From the sequence record SRR20825006_194: 20,000 nt of DNA; one strand, 5' to 3'. How positions within the stretch are numbered: position 1 is the stretch's first letter; every line of letters starts with the position of its first letter. Position numbers and translations under genes: made by a program. This document shows positions 1 through 8,467 of this stretch, piece after piece. The notes beneath the pieces are model-generated. The model was given only the letters and a program-made list of their open reading frames with translations, was not told where the DNA came from and made no database searches.

Positions 1-15
1 AATAGTTATTCTATT

Positions 16-23
16 TATCTTTG
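16..23 (+). promoter_or_regulatory. Bacteroidota-type -7 promoter element (TATCTTTG) for rpmI-rplT
   Basis: Exact match to the TAnnTTTG consensus, 37 nt upstream of the rpmI ATG. Confidence 0.6.
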
Positions 24-60
24 CAATCTTTATAATTTCACATAAGCAGGTATATAAACA

Positions 61-261
61 ATGCCAAAAATGAAAAGTAACAGTGGCGCTAAGAAGCGGT
101 TTAAAGTTACCGCAAGCGGTAAAATTAGACGTAAAAAAGCTTTTAAGAGCCACATTCTTACTAAGAAAAGCAGTAAAACTAAGAGACAGCTAGGTGAATC
201 TACTATCGTAACTGAAGCAGATGCTCCAAGAATGAGAAAGCTCATCCCTTATAAATTTTAA
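61..261 (+). CDS. rpmI: 50S ribosomal protein L35
   Basis: 66 aa; [22 protein letters not shown]...HILTKK is the L35 signature; lies directly upstream of rplT. Confidence 0.98.
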   Translation: MPKMKSNSGAKKRFKVTASGKIRRKKAFKSHILTKKSSKTKRQLGESTIVTEADAPRMRKLIPYKF

Positions 262-279
262 CCCTAAGATCCATATAAA

Positions 280-627
280 ATGCCACGTTCAAGTAATTTA
301 GTGGCTTCCCGTCGCCGTCGCCGTAAGATATTATCTCAAGCGAAAGGTTACTGGGGCAAGCGTAAGAATGTATTTACGATCGCGAAAAATGCGGTAGAAA
401 AAGGTCTAATGTACCAATACCGTGATCGCAAGAATCGTAAACGTACATTCCGAAGACTTTGGATCGTGAGAATAAATGCTGCTGCCAGAATTAACGGGCT
501 ATCCTATTCTAACCTCATGCACGCCATGAAAGAAAAGGATATGCAAATAAACCGTAAAGTTCTTGCAGATTTAGCGATTCACGATGCTGATACGTTTGCT
601 GCCATTGTAAAGGAAGCTACAGCTTAA
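280..627 (+). CDS. rplT: 50S ribosomal protein L20
   Basis: 115 aa with the L20 motifs [32 protein letters not shown] and [10 protein letters not shown]. Confidence 0.99.
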   Translation: MPRSSNLVASRRRRRKILSQAKGYWGKRKNVFTIAKNAVEKGLMYQYRDRKNRKRTFRRLWIVRINAAARINGLSYSNLMHAMKEKDMQINRKVLADLAIHDADTFAAIVKEATA

Positions 628-646
628 TTGCAATCTTGCTTATTAT

Positions 647-690
647 AAGCCGGTAAATCTTTTAATTTAGGTTTACCGGTTTTTTTATTT
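647..690 (+). terminator. Rho-independent terminator after rplT
   Basis: Stem GCCGGTAAATCT / AGGTTTACCGGT (with G-U pairs) followed by a T-rich run. Confidence 0.85.
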
Positions 691-729
691 TAAGTACCTG
701 TTAATATCATTTTATAACCACTTTTTTAT

Positions 730-1737
730 ATGCCTGACGATATAAAAGCATTACTACAAGAAATAGCAGATTTCTCTGTCACCAATGCAACCGAGCTTGA
801 GAATTTCCGACTTGAATTCATTTCCAAAAATGGAAAAGTTCAGTCTATGTTTAAGAAAATGGGTTCTATCCCTAAAGAGGAGAAAGCCGCTTTCGGGAAA
901 TCTATGAACGATTTGAAGAACGCCGCTCAATCTCGCTTTGAAATACTTAAAGCACAATTTGACACTAGTTCTGCCAGCAAGAAGACAGCCCTAGACGATA
1001 TAACTTTATCGGCACCAACGCTTCCAATAGGTTCTTTGCATCCTCTTACGCAAACACTCGAAGAGATGAAAAAGATCTTCTACCGACTGGGATTTACCAT
1101 ATCTGATGGCCCAGAAATAGAAGATGATTTTCATAATTTCACAGCATTAAACTTCCCTCCTAACCATCCCGCAAGAGATGAGCAGGATACTTTTTTTGTG
1201 CGCAAAAGTGATGATCCCGCAGTTGGAGATTTAGTGCTTCGTACGCACACATCACCAGTACAAATTCGTCTCATGGAAAAACAAAAGCCTCCTATCAGAG
1301 CAATCATGCCGGGTAGAGTGTATCGTAATGAGGCTGTTTCTGCGAAATCATATTTCCTATTTCACCAAGTTGAAGCACTTTACATCGACAAAAATGTAAG
1401 TGTTGCCGACTTAAAAGAAACTCTCATCACCTTTGCTAAACTCATGTTTGGTAACGATGTGAAATACAGATTACGCCCAGGCTTCTTCCCTTTTACCGAA
1501 CCAAGTTTGGAAATGGATATTTGGTGGGAAGCTAATGGTAAAGGCCGTTGGTTAGAAATTTTAGGCTCTGGAATGGTTGATCCTAACGTACTTATTGCTT
1601 CTGGTGTTGACCCCGAAGAATACACAGGCTTTGCTTGGGGAATGGGTGTGGAAAGAATCGCTATTGTTCGCCACGAAATAGACGATATCCGTACTTTTTA
1701 CGAAAACGACATCCGCTTTTTAGAGCAGTTTAATTAA
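730..1737 (+). CDS. pheS: Phenylalanine--tRNA ligase alpha subunit
   Basis: Motifs HPARDEQDTF, LRTHTSPVQIR, FHQVE, RPGFFPFTEPS, WLEILGSG and GFAWGMGVER. Confidence 0.99.
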   Translation: MPDDIKALLQEIADFSVTNATELENFRLEFISKNGKVQSMFKKMGSIPKEEKAAFGKSMNDLKNAAQSRFEILKAQFDTSSASKKTALDDITLSAPTLPIGSLHPLTQTLEEMKKIFYRLGFTISDGPEIEDDFHNFTALNFPPNHPARDEQDTFFVRKSDDPAVGDLVLRTHTSPVQIRLMEKQKPPIRAIMPGRVYRNEAVSAKSYFLFHQVEALYIDKNVSVADLKETLITFAKLMFGNDVKYRLRPGFFPFTEPSLEMDIWWEANGKGRWLEILGSGMVDPNVLIASGVDPEEYTGFAWGMGVERIAIVRHEIDDIRTFYENDIRFLEQFN

Positions 1738-1757
1738 TTGATTTCAATACGTATTAA

Positions 1758-4163
1758 ATGAATTTATCACATAATTGGCTACAAGAATATATCGACCTTG
1801 ATTTATCTATCGAGGATCTCACTGAAAAACTAACACTCATTGGACTTGAGGTTGAGGAAGTTGAAGAGTATGGATCTAAACTTGACGGCGTAATCGTTGG
1901 CAAAGTTTTGGAAACCAAGCAACATCCTAATGCCGATCGCTTAAAAGTTTGTCAAGTTGATTTAGGAACTGAAACAGTACAAATTGTTTGCGGTGCAGAT
2001 AATGTGGCTGCTGGACAAAAAGTACCCGTTGCAACTGTTGGCTCTACCCTTCCTATTAAACTAGATGACGGAAGCTTGTTAACCCTCCGTAAAGCAAAAT
2101 TGAGAGGCGAAGAATCTCACGGGATGATTTGCGCTGCAGATGAGTTGGGACTTGGTTCAGATCACTCAGGTATTTTAGTTTTAGACGAAAACCTTGAGGT
2201 AGGAACTCTTATTTCTCAAGTGTTTGATATGTACCAAGACACTATAATTGAAATTGCTATCACTCCAAATCGACCTGATGCAACTTGTCACCTTGGCGTT
2301 GCTCGCGATTTATCAGCAGCATTGAATATTCCGCTCAAAAAGCCCACTATTTCAAAAATATCAAGCATTGATAAAGCTGAAGGGTATTCTATATCTATAG
2401 AAAGCGAAAATTGCCACCGATATGTAGGTAAGCTGATTAAGAATATCAAAATTGATGAATCTCCAGAATGGCTACAAAACAAATTAAAAGCCATAGGTCT
2501 TCGTCCTGTAAATAATATCGTAGATATTACTAACTACGTGATGTACGAATTGGGACAACCTTTGCATGCATTTGATTTCGATAATTTAAAAACAGCTAAC
2601 ATCACCGTTAAAGAATTCGATACAGAAGTTGAATTCGAAACTCTGGATCATTTAAAGCGAAAATGTGCTCCTGGTACTTTGTTTATTTGTGATGGAGAAA
2701 CACCTGTTGCCATTGCAGGAATTATGGGCGGTCTACACTCAGAAGTTTCTGACAATACGACCAACATTCTTTTAGAAAGCGCCTACTTTGATCCTGGTAC
2801 CATAAGAAGAACAGCCAAGTTACAGACACTACAAACCGATGCTTCTTATCGCTTTGAAAGAGGAATTGACCCAAACATGCAAGCCTTTGCTGCCCAACGT
2901 GCTGCTGACCTTATTCTAGAAATTTGCGGTGGTGAAGCTCAAGATGGTGTGTTGGATGTTCACCCTATTAAAACAGATTCGCATACTCTTACGTTAAGAA
3001 TGAGCTATTTGAACAGACTTTTAGGCACTAGTTTCGATGTAGCTCAAACTATTCAGATTCTTGACGGACTTGAGTTAAAGCTCACTTCACAAACTGAAGA
3101 AACTGTTACTTACGAAATACCAACCTTCCGACCGGACCTTGAACGCGAAGTAGATTTGATTGAAGAAGTTGGCCGTTTATACGATTACAACAAAATTGAA
3201 TCGCCTAACCACGGAATTTACGTTTCTACAGAACCTCTTACCGAATGGGAAATCTTAGTTTCTCATATCCGTGAAATTGGTGTACAGCTAGCGTGTAGAG
3301 AAATTTACACGAACTCTCTTATATCAGAAAAAGAAGCACTTAATTTTGTAAGTAAAGAACAAGTTATTGAGACGTTAAATCCTCTCAATAAAGACATGAG
3401 CATGATGCGCCCTACTTTAGCGCATGGTTTCTTAAAAGCAGCTTCGTATAACTTCAACAGAAGTGCAGATGATATTCGCTTTTTTGAAGTAGGAAATGTG
3501 TTCGAACTTAATGAGCAATTCAGTTATCATGAAGGAATTAAAGAAGAAACTCATATTCTTTTTGGTCTTTCAGGCCTAAAACAAATCGAGCATTGGTCTA
3601 GTAAACCAGTTGCTTATTCTATATTTGATTTAAAGGCTCTTGCAGAAACTTTCTTTACAAAATTAGGCATTCTAAATTCTGTTCAGGTTGAATTAATAGA
3701 TGAAACTACGCTCCAGTATTCATTCAAAAAAATTGTACTTGGCTCTATTTCTCAAGTATCAAATTCTTTGAAAAAAGTATACGATCTCGACCAAGATGCT
3801 TTTGTTGCCGAGTTCAGTATTAATGCGATTCAAAAAGTTCAAGCAAAACGTCCTGCATTCAAATTTACTCCAGTTCCTAAATTCCCAGTGTTCGAATTCG
3901 ACTTCGCTGTAGTAGTTAGCCAAGATGTAGATGCGGGTAGTTTAATGAAAGTAATTAAAAGCAAAGCTGGTAACACTCTAAAAAACATTGATATATTTGA
4001 TGTTTATGAAGGTGAGTCTATCGGTGAGGGAAGTAAAAGTATTGCCTTCAGATTAAATTTCATTGATTCGAATAAAACCTTGAATGTCAAAGACGTAGAA
4101 CCTATTATCCAACGTGTATTAAAAACTCTTGAGAAGCAATTCTCGGCAAAACTAAGATCTTAG
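1758..4163 (+). CDS. pheT: Phenylalanine--tRNA ligase beta subunit
   Basis: 801 aa; tRNA-binding OB domain (HPNADRL, IVCGADN), TPNRPD, GQPLHAFD, RFERG, DLIEEVGR and a C-terminal FDX-ACB domain (FDVYEG...KSIAF). Confidence 0.99.
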   Translation: MNLSHNWLQEYIDLDLSIEDLTEKLTLIGLEVEEVEEYGSKLDGVIVGKVLETKQHPNADRLKVCQVDLGTETVQIVCGADNVAAGQKVPVATVGSTLPIKLDDGSLLTLRKAKLRGEESHGMICAADELGLGSDHSGILVLDENLEVGTLISQVFDMYQDTIIEIAITPNRPDATCHLGVARDLSAALNIPLKKPTISKISSIDKAEGYSISIESENCHRYVGKLIKNIKIDESPEWLQNKLKAIGLRPVNNIVDITNYVMYELGQPLHAFDFDNLKTANITVKEFDTEVEFETLDHLKRKCAPGTLFICDGETPVAIAGIMGGLHSEVSDNTTNILLESAYFDPGTIRRTAKLQTLQTDASYRFERGIDPNMQAFAAQRAADLILEICGGEAQDGVLDVHPIKTDSHTLTLRMSYLNRLLGTSFDVAQTIQILDGLELKLTSQTEETVTYEIPTFRPDLEREVDLIEEVGRLYDYNKIESPNHGIYVSTEPLTEWEILVSHIREIGVQLACREIYTNSLISEKEALNFVSKEQVIETLNPLNKDMSMMRPTLAHGFLKAASYNFNRSADDIRFFEVGNVFELNEQFSYHEGIKEETHILFGLSGLKQIEHWSSKPVAYSIFDLKALAETFFTKLGILNSVQVELIDETTLQYSFKKIVLGSISQVSNSLKKVYDLDQDAFVAEFSINAIQKVQAKRPAFKFTPVPKFPVFEFDFAVVVSQDVDAGSLMKVIKSKAGNTLKNIDIFDVYEGESIGEGSKSIAFRLNFIDSNKTLNVKDVEPIIQRVLKTLEKQFSAKLRS

Positions 4164-4174
4164 AGAATAAGCTA

Positions 4175-4429
4175 ATGAATCAACTTGCAGACCAAAGCGA
4201 GCGGTTTAAGCAATTACTAGATGAAATTGGAGAAGAGGTTTCTGGCTTACGCCAGGAAATCAAGGAATTGAAACGCGAAAACAGCAAGCTCAAAACTAAA
4301 TTAGAAGAAGCTAGAGATAAGCAGACAGACATATTTTCTGCTATTAACGAATCCGAAAGGCTGGCACTACGCCAACATGTACAAGGGTTGGTTAAGAAAA
4401 TTGATCACCATTTAAGTTCTGAGTCATGA
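4175..4429 (+). CDS. Small coiled-coil protein, ZapB-like by position and composition
   Basis: 84 aa heptad-rich helix (LRQEIKELKRENSKLKTKLEE) between pheT and zapA; 4-nt ATGA overlap with zapA. Confidence 0.7.
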   Translation: MNQLADQSERFKQLLDEIGEEVSGLRQEIKELKRENSKLKTKLEEARDKQTDIFSAINESERLALRQHVQGLVKKIDHHLSSES

Positions 4430-4722
4430 AATCGATTAAAATTACAATTCTCGGTAGGCCCTACCCTATCAAAGTTGAAGAGCATGATGAAGAGAATATG
4501 ATTCGAATTGCTAAATTTGTAGACGATCGTTTCAGAAAGCTTAAAGAAGAACTAGTGAAGCAACCAGAGTCTACTATCATGTCTTTAGCAGCTCTAACTA
4601 TCGCTGAAGAACTCTTCTCAGCTCGAAGTAAAAGCTCCGAATCTGAAAATGATGAAGCACAGTTAATGACTCGTGTAAATGCGAGCTTAGAGCGCTTGCT
4701 AGAATCTATAAAAGAAGGTTAA
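4426..4722 (+). CDS. zapA: Cell division protein ZapA
   Basis: IKITILGRPYPIKV N-terminal strands, AKFVDDRF and LAALTIAEELF helix match the ZapA pattern; expected position downstream of pheT. Confidence 0.9.
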   Translation: MKSIKITILGRPYPIKVEEHDEENMIRIAKFVDDRFRKLKEELVKQPESTIMSLAALTIAEELFSARSKSSESENDEAQLMTRVNASLERLLESIKEG

Positions 4723-4727
4723 TCCTA

Positions 4728-5546
4728 ATGGCTGAAACTATCAGTGTTCTCTTTGTCGGCGATATTGTTGGCTCACCAGGTGTTACTCTTATGCAAACTG
4801 TTCTTCCAAGTCTTATAAAAAGATATGACGCTCAGTTTGTTATTGCCAATGGTGAAAATTCGCATGAAGGTCATGGAATTAATGATTCCATTATAAAGAA
4901 TCTGCATAGCATTGGTGTAAATGTAATTACTGGTGGTGATCATTCTTTCGACAAATGGAAAGTGTTTCCTTATATGAGAGATAACAACACCATTTTACGT
5001 CCACTAAACTACCCTAGAGGTAACGCAGGTTATGGATATAGTATTTACAATATTCCAGGAACTTCTCATAAAATAGGTGTTCTTAACCTTCAGGGAAGAA
5101 CATTTATGAAACCCATTGATGATCCGTTTTCGGCGGCTGACTGGGCGCTTTCCAAAATCAAAGAAGAAACAAATATCGTTTTTATTGATTTCCACGCAGA
5201 AGCTACGGCCGAAAAAATTTCTTTAGCTTGGCATGTTGATGGAAGAGCTTCAGTTTTAGTGGGAACTCACACTCATATCCCTACTGGCGACACACGGATT
5301 TTCCCAAATGGACTAGGTTACCAAACCGATGCCGGAATGACGGGATCTTTCAACTCCTCTCTAGGAATGGACAAGAAAGTAGCTATAAAACGATTTACTA
5401 CGGGAGTACACCAGAAATATCAATTAGCTGAGGGCGACAATCACCTTTGCGGAGTGTTTGCAAAAATTGATACAGCAACTGGTAAATGTGTTCACATAGA
5501 ACAAGTTACTTACCCTGAGTTTTATTCAAGTACCGAAGTAGAATGA
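4728..5546 (+). CDS. ymdB: YmdB/TIGR00282 family calcineurin-like metallophosphoesterase
   Basis: Motifs GDIVG, NGEN, LRPLNYP, NLQGRTFM, DFHAEATAEK, GTHTH and TDAGMTG. Confidence 0.93.
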   Translation: MAETISVLFVGDIVGSPGVTLMQTVLPSLIKRYDAQFVIANGENSHEGHGINDSIIKNLHSIGVNVITGGDHSFDKWKVFPYMRDNNTILRPLNYPRGNAGYGYSIYNIPGTSHKIGVLNLQGRTFMKPIDDPFSAADWALSKIKEETNIVFIDFHAEATAEKISLAWHVDGRASVLVGTHTHIPTGDTRIFPNGLGYQTDAGMTGSFNSSLGMDKKVAIKRFTTGVHQKYQLAEGDNHLCGVFAKIDTATGKCVHIEQVTYPEFYSSTEVE

Positions 5547-6223
5547 AATCCTCTTTACTTACTGCAGAAAATATTTTTAAAAGTTACGAAGATCAAGATG
5601 GTGGTGCACCACTAGAAGTTCTTCATGATGTTAGCCTCGATGTAAAAGAGGGAACCATCACATCCATAGTTGGCTCAAGTGGCAGTGGCAAAAGCACATT
5701 GCTACATATTCTTGGTGGATTAGATAAACCTGATAAAGGTAAAATTTTATGGGGTAATAAAGATCTTGGCTTATTAAGTGCCGATGCACTCGCTGATTTT
5801 AGAAATAAATACTTGGGTTTTGTTTTTCAATTTCATCATTTGCTTCCCGAATTTACAGCGATTGAAAATGTTTGTATGCCCGCTCTAATTGCAGGCGTTT
5901 CGTTCTCAGAAGCTTCAAAAAAAGCGTACCCAATTATGAGCAGGCTTGGTGTTGCTAATAGAAAAGAACATCGCCCCACTCAACTTTCTGGTGGCGAACA
6001 GCAGCGAGTAGCGATGGCACGGGCACTCATGAATAATCCAAAACTTATTCTGGCCGACGAACCCACAGGGAATTTGGACGAAACCAACACCGATATCATC
6101 TTAAATATGCTCTTTGAACTTCGTGATGAGTTCGGAGTAGCTATTTTACTTATAACACACGAAAACAATATTGCCAAAAAATCTGATGTAATTCTTGAGA
6201 TAAAAAAAGGTACCATCAGTTAA
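5543..6223 (+). CDS. lolD: ABC transporter ATP-binding protein, LolD family
   Basis: Walker A GSSGSGKST, GFVFQFHHLLPEFTA (LolD-typical), LSGGEQQR and Walker B LILADEPTGNLD; ATGA overlap with ymdB. Confidence 0.8.
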   Translation: MKSSLLTAENIFKSYEDQDGGAPLEVLHDVSLDVKEGTITSIVGSSGSGKSTLLHILGGLDKPDKGKILWGNKDLGLLSADALADFRNKYLGFVFQFHHLLPEFTAIENVCMPALIAGVSFSEASKKAYPIMSRLGVANRKEHRPTQLSGGEQQRVAMARALMNNPKLILADEPTGNLDETNTDIILNMLFELRDEFGVAILLITHENNIAKKSDVILEIKKGTIS

Positions 6224-6301
6224 CTATTTATATTTTGGTAAAAGTTTAAACTGTCCTATTTTCAAGGGCTAAAATAATCTCTTTATAACTACCTAGAAAC
6301 T

Positions 6302-6988
6302 ATGTCTAAACATAATACTAAAGAAGAATTGGAACATGATGCACTTGTTGATTTCATCAATAAGTCGCTAACTTTCTTCAACGCTAATAAAACCACAATC
6401 CTTTCTGTTGGAGTAACTGTAATTGTGGTTGTTGCTGTGCTATTCGGCTATAATTATCATTCTTCAAACCAAGAGTCTAAAGCTCAAATCTTGCTTGCTG
6501 ACGCAGAAAGGTTCTATAGTGAAGGTGATTTTCAAACAGCATTAACTGGTGACAATGCTACTTTTACACTTGGTTTTACAGAAATTGCTGAAAGCTATGC
6601 AGGAACTAATGCTGGCAATCTTGCGACTTACTATGCAGCTGTATCTAATTACAAATTGGATAAGAATGAAGATGCTTTGTCTTACATACAGAATTACAAA
6701 CACGTTGAAGGTATTCTTGGTGTAGGCTCTCTTTCTTTTGAAGGTGCGTTACTTGAATTAAACGGTAGTTTCGACCAAGCCGCTCAGATTTATGAAAAAG
6801 CTGCTTCTTGGGATGTTAATGATTCAACAACTCCTTTCAATCTTTTTAAAGCTGCACAAGCTTACAAAAAAGCAGGTAACCTTGATAAAACAACGGCACT
6901 AGCTTCAAAAATTATCCTGGATTATCCTAATAGCCCTGAGTTTGTTGAAAGTGAGCGTTTAAAAGGTCAATTAGCTGTTTCTAAATAA
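6302..6988 (+). CDS. Membrane-anchored tetratricopeptide-repeat protein (YfgM-like)
   Basis: One N-terminal TM helix (ILSVGVTVIVVVAVLFGY) followed by TPR-like helices (YAGTNAGNLATYYAAV, AAQIYEKAA, IILDYPNS). Confidence 0.8.
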   Translation: MSKHNTKEELEHDALVDFINKSLTFFNANKTTILSVGVTVIVVVAVLFGYNYHSSNQESKAQILLADAERFYSEGDFQTALTGDNATFTLGFTEIAESYAGTNAGNLATYYAAVSNYKLDKNEDALSYIQNYKHVEGILGVGSLSFEGALLELNGSFDQAAQIYEKAASWDVNDSTTPFNLFKAAQAYKKAGNLDKTTALASKIILDYPNSPEFVESERLKGQLAVSK

Positions 6989-7011
6989 TTTAATGGCTTT
7001 TATTTATTTTT

Positions 7012-7042
7012 AAAAGGCTCCACTTCGGAGCCTTTTTTATTT
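7012..7042 (+). terminator. Rho-independent terminator after the TPR gene
   Basis: AAAAGGCTCC-ACTTC-GGAGCCTTTT: 10-bp perfect stem continuing into a T tract. Confidence 0.9.
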
Positions 7043-7127
7043 CTACTCGTCTCAATTATTTAATTGCATCATCGCTCCGTTTTTGTACATTCCAATCTGT
7101 ATTTAATAAAACAAATAGATTAAAGCG

Positions 7128-8465
7128 ATGAGTGAGTCTAAAAATTTTCGTCCTGCGTTTATAGTAGTTACTAGTCTTTTCTTCATGTGGGGCTTTATTA
7201 CTGTATTAGTTGATGCCCTAATCCCACGACTTAAAGATGTTTTTGAGCTCTCTTATTTTGAAGCTGGAATTGTACAATTTGCTTTTTTCACCGCTTATGC
7301 TGTTTTCTCCATTCCTGGTGGAGCTTTAATCTCTCGTATTGGATACAAAAAAGGTGCCGTTGTTGGGCTTTTAACTATGGGAGCCGCTTGTCTGTTATTT
7401 TTCCCTGCTGCATCCTATAGAGTTTTTGGATTATTCTTATTAGCTATGTTTGTACTTGCAGGAGGTATAACGATTCTTCAGGTTGCAGCTAATCCCTATG
7501 TCGCGGCCTTAGGCGCTCCTCAAACGGCTTCAAGCAGACTTAACCTAGCTCAGGCTTTTAACTCCTTAGGAACCACAATTGCACCTTTAGTTAGTGCAGC
7601 ATTTATTCTAAGTAGTAACGTAGCTTCATCTGTAGAGATTGGTGCTATGACTGATATGGCTAAACAAGCATATTATGAATCCGAAGCTTCCGCTGTACAA
7701 GGACCTTTTCTGATTTTAGCTTCAGTATTAATTGTTTTAGCACTAGCGTTTGCTTCATTTAAGCTTCCTAGTATTTTGGAAGGTGATGATCATAAACATG
7801 GCAGCTATAAAGTTGCAACAAAAACTAAACATTTGATGTTTGGAGCCATTGGCATCTTTGTTTATGTAGGCGCAGAAGTTGCTATTGGTAGTTATCTAGT
7901 TAACTATTTCCTAAACTTAGATATACAGAGCTTAGTTGGAAACAGTGATACGATGTCGGGAGTTGCATCCGTTCTTTCTTCCATTTTCTCGAGCATAGAA
8001 TTAGCCGATATGACAGCTGGTCAACTTGCTGGTACCTTTGTATTCTTTTATTGGTTTGGAGCTATGGTTGGTCGATTTATTGGCTCAGCACTCCTTCAAA
8101 AAGTTAACGCGGGAAACTTATTAGCAGTTTATGCAGCTGTAAACATTCTATTATTGAGCATCAGCATGTTTTCAACAGGATATACAGCGATGTGGTCGAT
8201 ATTGGTTGTTGGTTTATTCAATTCCATCATGTTTCCTAACATCTTCACATTGGCAATTAGCAACATGAAAGAACACACTGCCCAAGCTTCAGGAATTTTA
8301 TGTACCGCAATTGTGGGAGGAGCATTTATTCCTCCTTTGTATGGAAAGTTAGCGGATATGTTTGGACTTCAAATGGCATTAATACTTCCAGCTCTTTGCT
8401 ATGCGTACATCCTATGGTATGGGAAAAAAGGTTCTCAAATTGAAACAGTGGCTATTAGCAACTAA
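7128..8465 (+). CDS. Sugar MFS transporter, GluP/FucP family (glucose/galactose permease-like)
   Basis: LFFMWGF, QFAFFTAY, LQVAANPYV, RLNLAQAFNSLG, YVGAEV, NSIMFPNIF and IVGGA; about 12 hydrophobic segments. Confidence 0.92.
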   Translation: MSESKNFRPAFIVVTSLFFMWGFITVLVDALIPRLKDVFELSYFEAGIVQFAFFTAYAVFSIPGGALISRIGYKKGAVVGLLTMGAACLLFFPAASYRVFGLFLLAMFVLAGGITILQVAANPYVAALGAPQTASSRLNLAQAFNSLGTTIAPLVSAAFILSSNVASSVEIGAMTDMAKQAYYESEASAVQGPFLILASVLIVLALAFASFKLPSILEGDDHKHGSYKVATKTKHLMFGAIGIFVYVGAEVAIGSYLVNYFLNLDIQSLVGNSDTMSGVASVLSSIFSSIELADMTAGQLAGTFVFFYWFGAMVGRFIGSALLQKVNAGNLLAVYAAVNILLLSISMFSTGYTAMWSILVVGLFNSIMFPNIFTLAISNMKEHTAQASGILCTAIVGGAFIPPLYGKLADMFGLQMALILPALCYAYILWYGKKGSQIETVAISN

Positions 8466-8467
8466 TT

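Noticed and set aside
30..245. 71-aa minus-strand ORF
   Set aside because: Antisense shadow of rpmI.
754..6216. Short minus-strand ORFs at 754-957, 1380-1625, 2288-2494, 5004-5195 and 5980-6216
   Set aside because: All lie antisense within well-supported core genes and have no recognisable motifs.
7069..7131. 8-bp complementarity between TCATCGCT and AGCGATGA covering the MFS start codon (possible translational switch)
   Set aside because: Short, and the upstream arm lies before the candidate promoter at 7086-7093, so it is probably not transcribed; likely chance.
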